A stretch of DNA of 56,056 nt, from assembly GCA_944363835.1 (NCBI GenBank), contig CALVVJ010000001.1:1-56056 (forward strand), given 5' to 3'. Within the stretch, counting starts at the first letter, position 1, and each line of letters begins with the position of its first letter. The notes beneath the pieces were generated by a model. It ran no database searches, was not told the origin of the DNA, and was given only the letters and a program-made list of their open reading frames with translations. This DNA comes from an uncultured Bacilli bacterium (GTDB lineage: Bacteria; Bacillota_I; Bacilli_A; RF39; UBA660). Of the stretch, positions 6,843 to 15,480 are shown in pieces. The position numbers were made by a program, and so were the translations under genes.

Positions 6843-8042
6843 ATGAAAATAATAAAAAGGGATTATTTAGAAAAATTGATAAATGCCATAGGAACTCCAG
6901 ATATTAAAGTTATAACAGGGATAAGAAGAAGTGGTAAATCAGAACTACTTGCCATGTTTAAAGATTATGTTTTAAATAGTGATAAAGATGCCAACATAAT
7001 ATTTATTGATTATAATTTGGTTGATTTTGAAGATCTAAAAGAATATAAAAAATTAATAGAATACATTGATGACTTATATAAACCAAATAAAAATAATTAT
7101 ATTATGATTGATGAAGTTCAAATGTGTGATGGATTTGAGAATGCTATTAATAATTTTCATGCCCAAAAGAAATACGATATTTATATTACAGGATCTAATG
7201 CTTTTCTATTATCTAGTGATTTAGCAACTCTTTTTACAGGTAGACAATTTAGCATTGAAGTGTATCCGTTTTCTTATAAAGAATTTCTAGAATATTATGA
7301 TTATGAAAATACTGATAATAATTTTGATAAATTTGTCTTAGAAGGTGGTTTTTCTGGATCATATTTATATAAAGAAATTGAAGAAAAATATGATTATATA
7401 AAAGAGGTTTATAAAACATTAATTGTTAGAGATATAGTTGATCGAAATAAAATAAAAAATATACCATTAATGGATAGTATAAGTGATTTTCTAATAGACA
7501 ATATTTCTAGAATAACTTCTTACAGAAGTATTACAGAAACATTAAAAAGTAATAAAATGGATGTCAATGATAAGACAGTTGGAACATATATAAAATATTT
7601 ATGTGATGCTTTTGCTTTTTATAAAGTTAGAAGATATGACATTCAAGGAAAAATGTATTTGGCTACTCAAGATAAATATTATTTATCTGATCATGCTGTT
7701 AAATATGCAATAGAAGGAACTAAGAATATGAACTATGGTAGTATATATGAAAATATTGTTGCTATGGAATTAATTAGAAGAGGATATGAAATTTATGTTG
7801 GAATATTATATGATAAGGAAATAGATTTTGTAGCAAGTAAAAGAAATGAAAAAATTTATATTCAAGTATCTAGTGATTTAGGTAATGATTTTGAAAATGA
7901 AACTTTCAAAAGAGAAGTAACTCCATTACTTAAAATAAGAGATGCCTATCCTAAAATGATAATTGCAAGGACACATCATGATATGTTTACTTATGAAGGT
8001 GTACAAATAGTAGATATTAAGGATTGGCTTTGCAATAAATAA
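6843..8042 (+). CDS. AAA-type ATPase of the DUF4143 family
   Basis: It has a P-loop (GIRRSGKS) and a Walker B-like motif (YIMIDEVQ). The size is about 400 aa, and the C-terminal region is typical of the AAA_14/DUF4143 architecture. Confidence 0.8.
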   Translation: MKIIKRDYLEKLINAIGTPDIKVITGIRRSGKSELLAMFKDYVLNSDKDANIIFIDYNLVDFEDLKEYKKLIEYIDDLYKPNKNNYIMIDEVQMCDGFENAINNFHAQKKYDIYITGSNAFLLSSDLATLFTGRQFSIEVYPFSYKEFLEYYDYENTDNNFDKFVLEGGFSGSYLYKEIEEKYDYIKEVYKTLIVRDIVDRNKIKNIPLMDSISDFLIDNISRITSYRSITETLKSNKMDVNDKTVGTYIKYLCDAFAFYKVRRYDIQGKMYLATQDKYYLSDHAVKYAIEGTKNMNYGSIYENIVAMELIRRGYEIYVGILYDKEIDFVASKRNEKIYIQVSSDLGNDFENETFKREVTPLLKIRDAYPKMIIARTHHDMFTYEGVQIVDIKDWLCNK

Positions 8043-8052
8043 AGAATTTGAT

Positions 8053-8095
8053 AGTAAAACTGCCAAACAATGTTGGCAGTTTTACTATTTTTTTA
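8053..8095 (+). terminator. Rho-independent terminator
   Basis: A 14-bp stem agtaaaactgccaa / ttggcagttttact is followed by a T-run. Confidence 0.7.
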
Positions 8096-8130
8096 TCTTA
8101 TAGGAAATTGCATTATTTAGTAAAAATCAA

Positions 8131-8159
8131 TTGACATACATACGTTTGTTTGTTATAAT
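8131..8159 (+). promoter_or_regulatory. Consensus sigma-A type promoter inside the miniature element left end
   Basis: TTGACA (8131-8136), a 17-nt spacer, then TATAAT (8154-8159) preceded by TGt (extended -10). Confidence 0.6.
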
Positions 8160-8247
8160 TGGTTTATCAACTAAAGGGGGGAATAGAATATAGTTGAAAT
8201 AATAAGAAAAAATATGTATTAATTGAGTGTTATAATAATGGAACATA

Positions 8248-8357
8248 TAGTAGGGTGGCGACCATCCGAAACTGGTCTATGGAGAGTTCGAAGGACTCTG
8301 TGAAGTAGAAATGCCTTGTAGTGATGCAAGGATGCCAAACTTGTTTGGCTTTTGTTC
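8248..8357 (+). ncRNA. Orphan omega-RNA (reRNA)-like scaffold without an adjacent tnpB
   Basis: It is near-identical to 46085-46195, which lies directly 3' of tnpB. Three hairpins are retained, with structure-preserving substitutions relative to copy A. Confidence 0.6.
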
Positions 8358-8571
8358 ATATAGTGATGTAATTATATATTAAAAAATATGAATTACATAT
8401 CCAGAATTTTATGAAGAAAGAGATAGTTTTAAAGGTGTATTTAGAAAGAGTAGTATAATGGATAAAGATATACAAAGTGGTCAAGCTAGTGGTGCAGTCT
8501 AAAAAAAATTAACTTTTTTAATTCTTCGACACAGTTTGACAAATTATTTATTTTCTTTGTGGTAATATAAC

Positions 8572-8585
8572 CCTCCGAAAGGAGG
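8572..8585 (+). promoter_or_regulatory. Hairpin sequestering the Shine-Dalgarno sequence of the Rpn-like gene
   Basis: The sequence is cctcc-GAAA-ggagg, with a GNRA tetraloop. The 3' arm is the SD sequence, 6 nt upstream of ATG 8592. Confidence 0.45.
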
Positions 8586-8591
8586 TAAAAT

Positions 8592-9542
8592 ATGTCTATA
8601 TCAGTAGTTAGTGATAAGCCCAAATTTCTAACAGGCTCTGATGATCGTGTCTTTAAAACACTAGTTAATAGTGGTGAAAAAGGAAAAATCATTTTGGAAG
8701 CAATATTAAAAACTGTTTTTGAAGAGACAGTTGAAGTACTTGAGTTTTTATCAGTAGAACAACCATTAGAAAAAGTAACCGAAAAGAAAAAGACATTAGA
8801 TTGTTTAGTAAAAGTGAAAGATAAATATGTCAATGTAGAGATAAATCTAAATGATTATGATATTGCTAAAGCAGTTAGAAATTTTGCATATTTATGTAGC
8901 TTCTATAGTCAAAACACTAGAAAAGGGCAAACTTATGATACCGAAACTTTATGTGTCCAAGTAAATATAAATTTTGGTTATTCCCCATATAATAGAAGTG
9001 ATAAAATAGTGACTAAAGCATATATGCAAGATGAAGATGGTGTTATTATTGATAATTTTGCTATTTGGAATATGTATGTAGAAAACATCAGACGTTTATG
9101 CTATAATAATTCCAAGGAAAGGGATAAATACCGCTATATATTAATGCTTGATGAAGATAAAGATAATTTAGAATTATTCTATCCAAGTGATGATATAGTA
9201 AGTATTTATAAGGGTGAATTAATGCGACTTAATAGTGATGCTGATTTTGTTTGGGATATAACTGAAGAAGAAGATGCTCAAAAACTATTTAATACTAGAA
9301 TGTATTTAGCTGAGAAAAAGGGCCTGGAAAAAGGAATGGCTCAAGGAATCGCTCAAGGAATTGAGCAAGGAATTGAACAAGGAATTGAGCAAGGAATTGA
9401 ACAAGGAATTGAGCAAAAAAATATTGATGTTATTAAAAACATGCTTAGTCTAAATACTTCTATTGAAGATATTGCTAAAGTTGTTGAATTGAGTGTTGAT
9501 GAAGTAAGAAAAATAATTGTTGCAAATAATTTGGCAAATTAA
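8592..9542 (+). CDS. Rpn-family recombination-promoting nuclease / PD-(D/E)XK putative transposase
   Basis: The core LDCLVKVKDKYVNVEINLN resembles the PD-(D/E)XK D...E.Q/N block. The C-terminal G-x-x-Q tetrapeptide repeats are typical of the family. Confidence 0.75.
   Translation: MSISVVSDKPKFLTGSDDRVFKTLVNSGEKGKIILEAILKTVFEETVEVLEFLSVEQPLEKVTEKKKTLDCLVKVKDKYVNVEINLNDYDIAKAVRNFAYLCSFYSQNTRKGQTYDTETLCVQVNINFGYSPYNRSDKIVTKAYMQDEDGVIIDNFAIWNMYVENIRRLCYNNSKERDKYRYILMLDEDKDNLELFYPSDDIVSIYKGELMRLNSDADFVWDITEEEDAQKLFNTRMYLAEKKGLEKGMAQGIAQGIEQGIEQGIEQGIEQGIEQKNIDVIKNMLSLNTSIEDIAKVVELSVDEVRKIIVANNLAN
9333..9416 (+). repeat. Seven tandem 12-bp repeats encoding (G-I/M-A/E-Q)x7
   Basis: The units are ggaatggctcaa, ggaatcgctcaa, then ggaattga(g/a)caa x5, all in frame within the Rpn-like CDS. 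Confidence 0.95.
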
Positions 9543-9677
9543 ATGTAAGTGTTACCCCTATTAACTTTTAAAATATGTTACTAAAAAATAGAAACTTTGT
9601 TATACTGTAATTGACACTAAAAAATTTATTAATATTCAAAGCTTCACCTTGTTTTCAAGGTTATAGTGTCAAATTAA

Positions 9678-9703
9678 AACTCCGTTAATCACAAAACGGA
9701 GTT
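9678..9703. terminator. Hairpin between convergent genes (bidirectional terminator candidate)
   Basis: The stem is aactccgtt-aatcacaa-aacggagtt, with an A-run upstream and a T-run downstream. Confidence 0.6.
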
Positions 9704-9706
9704 CTT

Positions 9707-11167
9707 TTAATTTAATTCTCTAACTAAATGCATTTCTTTATTAGGAGGCATTATTTTTTCTAATAATTGATATTGTAATGATAAATCTAGAGCTAATTTT
9801 ACCATTACTTCTTTTTCTTTAGTATAATCAGCGCAGACAATTTTTTCTTCCCCATTTGGTAAAATGAAAGTTTTTTTATTGTGTTCATCAACTTTAATAT
9901 TTGCTACTTGATTAGGATGAATTTGATAAATCCGATTATGTAATCTGCCTGAACCTATAAATAATGTTATTTCATTAACAGGATCGACACATAAAGTAGT
10001 ACCAGCAAAACCTGGAGACATAAATGCTTTACCAGAAAGGGGAGGATAAACACTTAGATTTTGGGGGTCTGGTTGCTTCAAATAAACTAATGAACCATAA
10101 AATCTAGTATACTTATCATCATCTTTAAAACCAGTTGCTGTATCACTTATCGAATATACCGTGTCTTTTTTTAAAATATTTCCATTGATTAAAGCTTGTC
10201 CTAATTTTATCATATCATCTTTAGTAGAAAAGAATCCGGCATGTCCTGGTGCAATCCCTTCGAGCTCTCCGATAGCAATTGCCTTAGCATCATGAGGTGT
10301 TCCTGGAACATTATTATATTTGGTAATATCTGTTCCATCACTTTTAATAATAGTGGAGTAATTTTCATTAGCCACTCTATTTAATTTATCTGATGGTACA
10401 TTTAAATGAGTGTCATGCATTCCCAGTGGTTCAAAAAATACAGCTTGTACAAATTCTGTAAAAGGCATTTTACTTACTCTTTCTACTACATATCTTAATA
10501 CCATTGCTCCCATATCTGTGTAGGCGTTATTAAAATTTTGATCTTCTTTTTTATGAACACTAAATAATATTTGTTCAGCCTCTTCTTTAGTTTTAGCACT
10601 ATCAACTCTTTTATCAGTTACAATCATTATTCTAAATTTTAGTAAATCATAAATCGTTATATCTCCTAAATTTTTAAATTCTGGTACATATTTAGTAATA
10701 GGATCGAATACATCTAACAAATCACATTCATTTAGTTTTAATATACTTAATGCCGTAAATAGTTTAGATGTCGAAGCTAAGTCAAATATTGTATCTTGTT
10801 CTATTGCTTTAGGACAAGATACTAAAACACCGTTTTCCATCACATATTCTTGTGCATTACCACATAAAACAGTATCTCTTGTCAAATGTGTCCCAAAATC
10901 GAGTATAACCCCTGGTGTAATTTGCGTTTGATGGACAAAATTATTTATTATTTCCTTTAACCCACTATTTTTAAATAACAAGAATCTTAATGTTGTCAAG
11001 TTAGCATGAGGATTATCTTCAATAACTTTTAATACTGGTTTTAACAAAGATTCATAATCACTTTTCGTAAATATATCTTGTAATACTGGTGAAGTAGTTA
11101 AATTTTGATTCTTTAACAATTCATCAATATATTTTCTATATATAATATAAGCTTTTATGTTATGCAT
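9707..11167 (-). CDS. Serine hydrolase of the beta-lactamase / penicillin-binding-protein family
   Basis: It has the SxxK active-site motif (ASTSKLFTA) and is 486 aa, with an N-terminal extension of about 120 aa. Confidence 0.75.
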   Translation of the reverse strand: MHNIKAYIIYRKYIDELLKNQNLTTSPVLQDIFTKSDYESLLKPVLKVIEDNPHANLTTLRFLLFKNSGLKEIINNFVHQTQITPGVILDFGTHLTRDTVLCGNAQEYVMENGVLVSCPKAIEQDTIFDLASTSKLFTALSILKLNECDLLDVFDPITKYVPEFKNLGDITIYDLLKFRIMIVTDKRVDSAKTKEEAEQILFSVHKKEDQNFNNAYTDMGAMVLRYVVERVSKMPFTEFVQAVFFEPLGMHDTHLNVPSDKLNRVANENYSTIIKSDGTDITKYNNVPGTPHDAKAIAIGELEGIAPGHAGFFSTKDDMIKLGQALINGNILKKDTVYSISDTATGFKDDDKYTRFYGSLVYLKQPDPQNLSVYPPLSGKAFMSPGFAGTTLCVDPVNEITLFIGSGRLHNRIYQIHPNQVANIKVDEHNKKTFILPNGEEKIVCADYTKEKEVMVKLALDLSLQYQLLEKIMPPNKEMHLVRELN

Positions 11168-11309
11168 ATAATCATCACCTTTTTTAAAAATATAAAATAT
11201 ATTATAAAAAAATGCTTAAAATATGTCAATATTAACAAAACCTTCCAAAAAAATCCAATTTTTTAATGCATTAATTTTCGTTTTGTGATATTATTATGAG
11301 GGTGAAAAT

Positions 11310-12563
11310 ATGAAAGAGATAAATAATGATAAAGAAAACAATAATGAAGTAAAAGAAATTAGTTTTGCCAAATACATAATTAATTTAAGATTAAAAAGAA
11401 ATTTAACTCAAAAAGCTCTAGCAGAAAAGATTCAAGTATCTGATAGAACCATATCTAAATGGGAGAATGGTCTAACCGTTCCAGATTTAATTAATATCAG
11501 AAACATCTGTAAAGAACTAGGTGTATCTGCTAATTCTGTAGTTTTAGAAAAAAGAACATTACTAGACCGTTTTAAAGATTTCTTACGTTTATTAAAAATC
11601 TTTTGGAAACACTTATACAATAATATATTTAAATTAATATTTGCCATTCTATTTATTCTTTTAATAATCTATTTTATAAATAATTATAATTCCGTAAGTG
11701 TATATTTATTAAACTATGATAGTAGCAGTATTACTATAGATAAAGGCTATTTTATCAAAACTAAAATAGATACAATATTAATGATAGATAACATAGAACT
11801 AAATAAGGATTATGATTCAGAAATTGATACTTTAGAACTTGAACTTTACATTTTAATGAATGGTGATAAAGTTACTATTTATAAAGATAACGAACTAGGA
11901 GATATATTTATCGAAGAATTGACTAGATACCCAGAAACATTCACAAGTGATATAACTAGAGAAATGACTAAAGGGTTATACTTAACAATAACTATCAATA
12001 ATGAAGAAACTTATGATTGTAAAATAAGTTTTAGAAAGAATTTTAGTAATAATAAATTAGTATATTCTAAATCTTACATAGAAACAGATTACAATAGTGA
12101 TTATAAAATTTTTCTTGGTCATGAAGAAAATATCATATTGGATAAATATTATAATAATTTAAATCCTAGTAATGTAACCTCATTTGATGATGTAATAACT
12201 GATACAGCATCGTATTCAGTAACAAATGATGATAACAAATTGAAAGACTTAGGTTATTCTTATGATAAAGATTCGGATACCTATACCAAAATTGAGAATG
12301 ACAAAACAATAACTTATCAACCAAAGTTTGATTTATTGATAAGTAAAGAAAATAAAAATAATTTGGATTATAGTTTGTACTATTATATAGAAAAAGATAG
12401 AATAAATTATGAAGGCTACGATAATAAGAAAACAATAAATATAAGATTTAAATATTTTGTTAATGAAAATAATCTAGAATGTATAGTTGGAAATTGTCAA
12501 AATTATCAAAAAGAAATAGATTATATTTTGGCTGAATATCAAGCAATTTCCCAAACTCTCTAA
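11310..12563 (+). CDS. XRE-family helix-turn-helix regulator with a transmembrane segment and a large C-terminal domain
   Basis: It has an HTH_3 signature (LTQKALAEKIQVSDRTISKWENGLTVPDL) followed by a hydrophobic helix (IFKLIFAILFILLIIYFI). Confidence 0.8.
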   Translation: MKEINNDKENNNEVKEISFAKYIINLRLKRNLTQKALAEKIQVSDRTISKWENGLTVPDLINIRNICKELGVSANSVVLEKRTLLDRFKDFLRLLKIFWKHLYNNIFKLIFAILFILLIIYFINNYNSVSVYLLNYDSSSITIDKGYFIKTKIDTILMIDNIELNKDYDSEIDTLELELYILMNGDKVTIYKDNELGDIFIEELTRYPETFTSDITREMTKGLYLTITINNEETYDCKISFRKNFSNNKLVYSKSYIETDYNSDYKIFLGHEENIILDKYYNNLNPSNVTSFDDVITDTASYSVTNDDNKLKDLGYSYDKDSDTYTKIENDKTITYQPKFDLLISKENKNNLDYSLYYYIEKDRINYEGYDNKKTINIRFKYFVNENNLECIVGNCQNYQKEIDYILAEYQAISQTL

Positions 12564-12660
12564 TCGTGGAGTGATAACTCTCACGATTTTCTATTGCCAA
12601 AATAATATAAAATTTGCTACGCTGAATACGGACATGGAAGGAGGTTAGAAAGAAGTAGTT

Positions 12661-13467
12661 TTGAAAATTATGAAAGTGATTGCAACTTTCATAATTATGG
12701 TAGCTTTGTGTTGTGTTTCTAATGTTAACGCTGCGATCAGTGAAGAAAATTATGCAGAACTAAGAGAAATATTTTCTGAAGCCAGATTATCAATTATGTC
12801 TGATGCTGAAAAAGAAGAATTAGTAAATGGCGATTTAACTTACAATGAAAAAGTATATCAAGTTACAAAAACAGTTAATAATACATTTATATATTCTGAA
12901 GTAGATTCCGAAACAGCTGACTTAATCGAAGAAAATTTCAACAATGGAATAGCAACTTATGGACCAACACACGAAACGTCTTACAAGAGAATTACCATTA
13001 TAGATAATTATATAGGTAATAATTCTCATAGTATTATGGTCTACACTCAATGGCTAGTTACTCCAGCAACGAAATCATTCGACGTTACAGCAATGCGGAT
13101 TGATGGAGGCTATGTTGTTGAAGGCAGTCAAGATGGTACCCAACTTTATTGGAAAGATGGATCGTATAGTCATGTTACATATGCTTGGAACGGAACCAAC
13201 ATCAGAAAAGCTGATAACGGCTTTGGAATATCTATGAACTTAGTCAATGGTGCATCTTACTTTGAAACTGACATCAGTGCAAATGTAATTTCAACTTCTC
13301 AAAACGCCGTAGCGTACGGTACTTACCAACATGCAGTAACTGATGTTACATTAGATCAATCCCAAAGTTACACTATTAGTCATAATGGATTGGGTAGAGT
13401 ACTAAATTTCTCTAATAGTGTCTACAATCTTTATGATAGGATGGCTGGAGTTTCAATATCATTGTAA
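12661..13467 (+). CDS. Secreted protein of unknown function
   Basis: It has a signal peptide (KVIATFIIMVALCCVSNVNA). No recognisable catalytic motifs were seen. The start is uncertain (TTG 12661 or ATG 12670). Confidence 0.6.
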   Translation: MKIMKVIATFIIMVALCCVSNVNAAISEENYAELREIFSEARLSIMSDAEKEELVNGDLTYNEKVYQVTKTVNNTFIYSEVDSETADLIEENFNNGIATYGPTHETSYKRITIIDNYIGNNSHSIMVYTQWLVTPATKSFDVTAMRIDGGYVVEGSQDGTQLYWKDGSYSHVTYAWNGTNIRKADNGFGISMNLVNGASYFETDISANVISTSQNAVAYGTYQHAVTDVTLDQSQSYTISHNGLGRVLNFSNSVYNLYDRMAGVSISL

Positions 13468-13660
13468 TTCTAGTATGCCGTTAAATTATTAATTTTTAAG
13501 ATTATGAAAGTAGAAATTGCTAATTAATATTTTTTTAAAGAAAAATAATTTAATTTATCGTTTGTCAAAATTTTAATCATTTACGAAGAGTGTTAGATTA
13601 TTGTTGCTGGCTATAGATTATAGAGGTAACTTTATAATAAAAGGAAGGAGAGGGAAGGCC

Positions 13661-13771
13661 ATGAAAGGAAAACAATGTAAAGATCGTGAGGAAGAATATA
13701 AACCAATTTACTTTTATACAATTCCTCGACACTCTTTTTTTAATGGAGTTTGTCATATTATTAGATTTTAA
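13661..13771 (+). CDS. Possible 36-aa small ORF upstream of spoIVA
   Basis: An aaggaaggagaggg purine-rich SD-like tract precedes ATG 13661. The product is MKGKQCKDREEEYKPIYFYTIPRHSFFNGVCHIIRF. There is no other support. Confidence 0.2.
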   Translation: MKGKQCKDREEEYKPIYFYTIPRHSFFNGVCHIIRF

Positions 13772-13810
13772 CTCATACCATTAATTAGATTAACGAAAGA
13801 TGGGTGGGTT

Positions 13811-15289
13811 ATGGAAAAAGAAAAAATTATATCTTCTATAGCAAGACGTGGTAACGGTGAAATATATTTAGGTGTAGTCGGAGCAGTTAGAACAGGAAAA
13901 TCGACATTTATTAAACGTTTTATTGAAAATCTTGTTGTACCTAATATAACAGATGAATATGAGAAAAAACGCTGTTTAGATGAGATTCCCCAAAGTGCAC
14001 AAGGTAAAACAATCATGACTACAGAACCTAAATTTGTTCCGAGTAACGGGGCAACTATTAAAATTAATGAATTCGAAACGAGCATTAAATTAGTAGATTG
14101 CGTTGGTTATGTTATACCTGAGGCTAATGGTTTTGTTGATGAAGATGGCAATCCGCGGATGGTAAAAAGCCCGTGGTTTGAAGATGCTATTCCTTTTGTG
14201 GAGGCAGCAGAAATAGGAACTGAAAAGGTAATTAAAGACCATGCAACAATAGGAATTGTTGTAACAACGGATGGATCATTTGGAGAAATAAGCAGAAATT
14301 CCTACATTGAAGCTGAAGAAAAGGTCGTTAGTGAATTAAAAACTATCGGCAAACCTTTTATTGTAATTTTAAATAGTGTACATCCTACAAATACCGAAAC
14401 ACAAGCACTAGCAAGAAATCTAAGTGATACTTATGAAGTGCCTGTAATACCTATAAGTGCTGAATTAATGAATGAAAAAGAGATAATGGAAATATTAAAA
14501 ACAGCGCTTTATGAATTTCCAGTATTAGATATTAAAGTATCGATACCAGAATGGGTTCATGTTTTACCAAATAAACATGAAATAAAAGCACATTACTTAG
14601 AAAAAATTAAAGAAAGTGTCATTACTGTAGAAAAAGTCAAAGATATCGACGACATTTTGAACCACTTTAATGATTCTGAGTACATTTCCAATTCCTATAT
14701 AAGTGAGTTAGATGCCGCAACTGGGACTGTTACAATTAACTTAGAAAGCACTAATGAACTTTATCAGGAAACATTAAAATCAATTATGGGTGATATGGTT
14801 ACCACTAAAGCAGGATTACTTAAAATCTTTGCTTCATATACAGAAACGAAAGAAGAAATGGAATCTCTTCGTACTGCTGTTAAGATGGCTAAAAGCACCG
14901 GTTATGGTATTGTCTATCCCGGCTTAAAAGAGTTGAAGTTAGAAACACCAGAACTAGTAAAACAAGGAAACCGTTATGGTGTTAAATTAAAAGCTATAGC
15001 CTCCAGCATTCATATGATTAAAGTTGATGTAGAATCGACATTCGAACCAATTATTGGAAGTGAAGTGCAGTCAAAAGAATTAATTAATCACTTGATGCGC
15101 GATTATGAAACCGATGCATCGAGTATTTGGAAGAGTGAAATCTTTGGTCGTAGTTTAGAAACTATTGTCCAAGAAGGCATTCAAGCCAAGCTTAGTATGA
15201 TGCCTGACAATACCCGTTATAAGTTAAAAGATACTGTAACGAAGATTGTCAATAAAGGCTCAAATACGTTAATAGCTATTGTCATTTGA
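13811..15289 (+). CDS. spoIVA: Stage IV sporulation protein A (spore coat morphogenetic ATPase)
   Basis: The N-terminus IYLGVVGAVRTGKSTFIKRF (Walker A) and the 492-aa length closely follow SpoIVA of Bacillus and Clostridium. Confidence 0.93.
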   Translation: MEKEKIISSIARRGNGEIYLGVVGAVRTGKSTFIKRFIENLVVPNITDEYEKKRCLDEIPQSAQGKTIMTTEPKFVPSNGATIKINEFETSIKLVDCVGYVIPEANGFVDEDGNPRMVKSPWFEDAIPFVEAAEIGTEKVIKDHATIGIVVTTDGSFGEISRNSYIEAEEKVVSELKTIGKPFIVILNSVHPTNTETQALARNLSDTYEVPVIPISAELMNEKEIMEILKTALYEFPVLDIKVSIPEWVHVLPNKHEIKAHYLEKIKESVITVEKVKDIDDILNHFNDSEYISNSYISELDAATGTVTINLESTNELYQETLKSIMGDMVTTKAGLLKIFASYTETKEEMESLRTAVKMAKSTGYGIVYPGLKELKLETPELVKQGNRYGVKLKAIASSIHMIKVDVESTFEPIIGSEVQSKELINHLMRDYETDASSIWKSEIFGRSLETIVQEGIQAKLSMMPDNTRYKLKDTVTKIVNKGSNTLIAIVI

Positions 15290-15480
15290 TGATAGCTATT
15301 TTCTCATTATGATAAAAATTGTCAAGAAAAAGTAAATTTTTTAAAGAAAAAACAGATATTTAAGCAAAAAAATGGGCTAAATTGCGAAAATTTATTGATT
15401 TTAGATGTGTTTTTTGATAATCTTAATATGTAAGGATAACATCTTTACAAAAAATTTTAGAATGTATGGGAGGTAAAAAC

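Larger units (their letters stand above)
8094..8360 (+). mobile_element. tnpB-less miniature derivative of an IS605-family element (copy B)
   Basis: Its left end (tatcttataggaaa...ttgaca-17-tataat) and right end (tagggtggcgaccatccgaaa...gccaaacttgtttggcttttgttc) are both homologous to the ends of the tnpB element at 44822-46198. There is no transposase or TnpB ORF between them. Boundaries are approximate. Confidence 0.7.

Noticed and set aside
20-8042. DGR as part of a prophage
   Set aside because: No capsid, tail, integrase, terminase or lysis genes are recognisable in the flanking 13 kb. The target has a cellular signal anchor rather than tail-fibre features. The contig edge at position 1 means an upstream phage cannot be excluded.
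9333-9416. Short regular repeats considered as a possible CRISPR array
   Set aside because: The units are 12 bp, contiguous with no spacers, and in frame inside a CDS (GIEQ repeats). No CRISPR array or cas genes were seen anywhere in the window.
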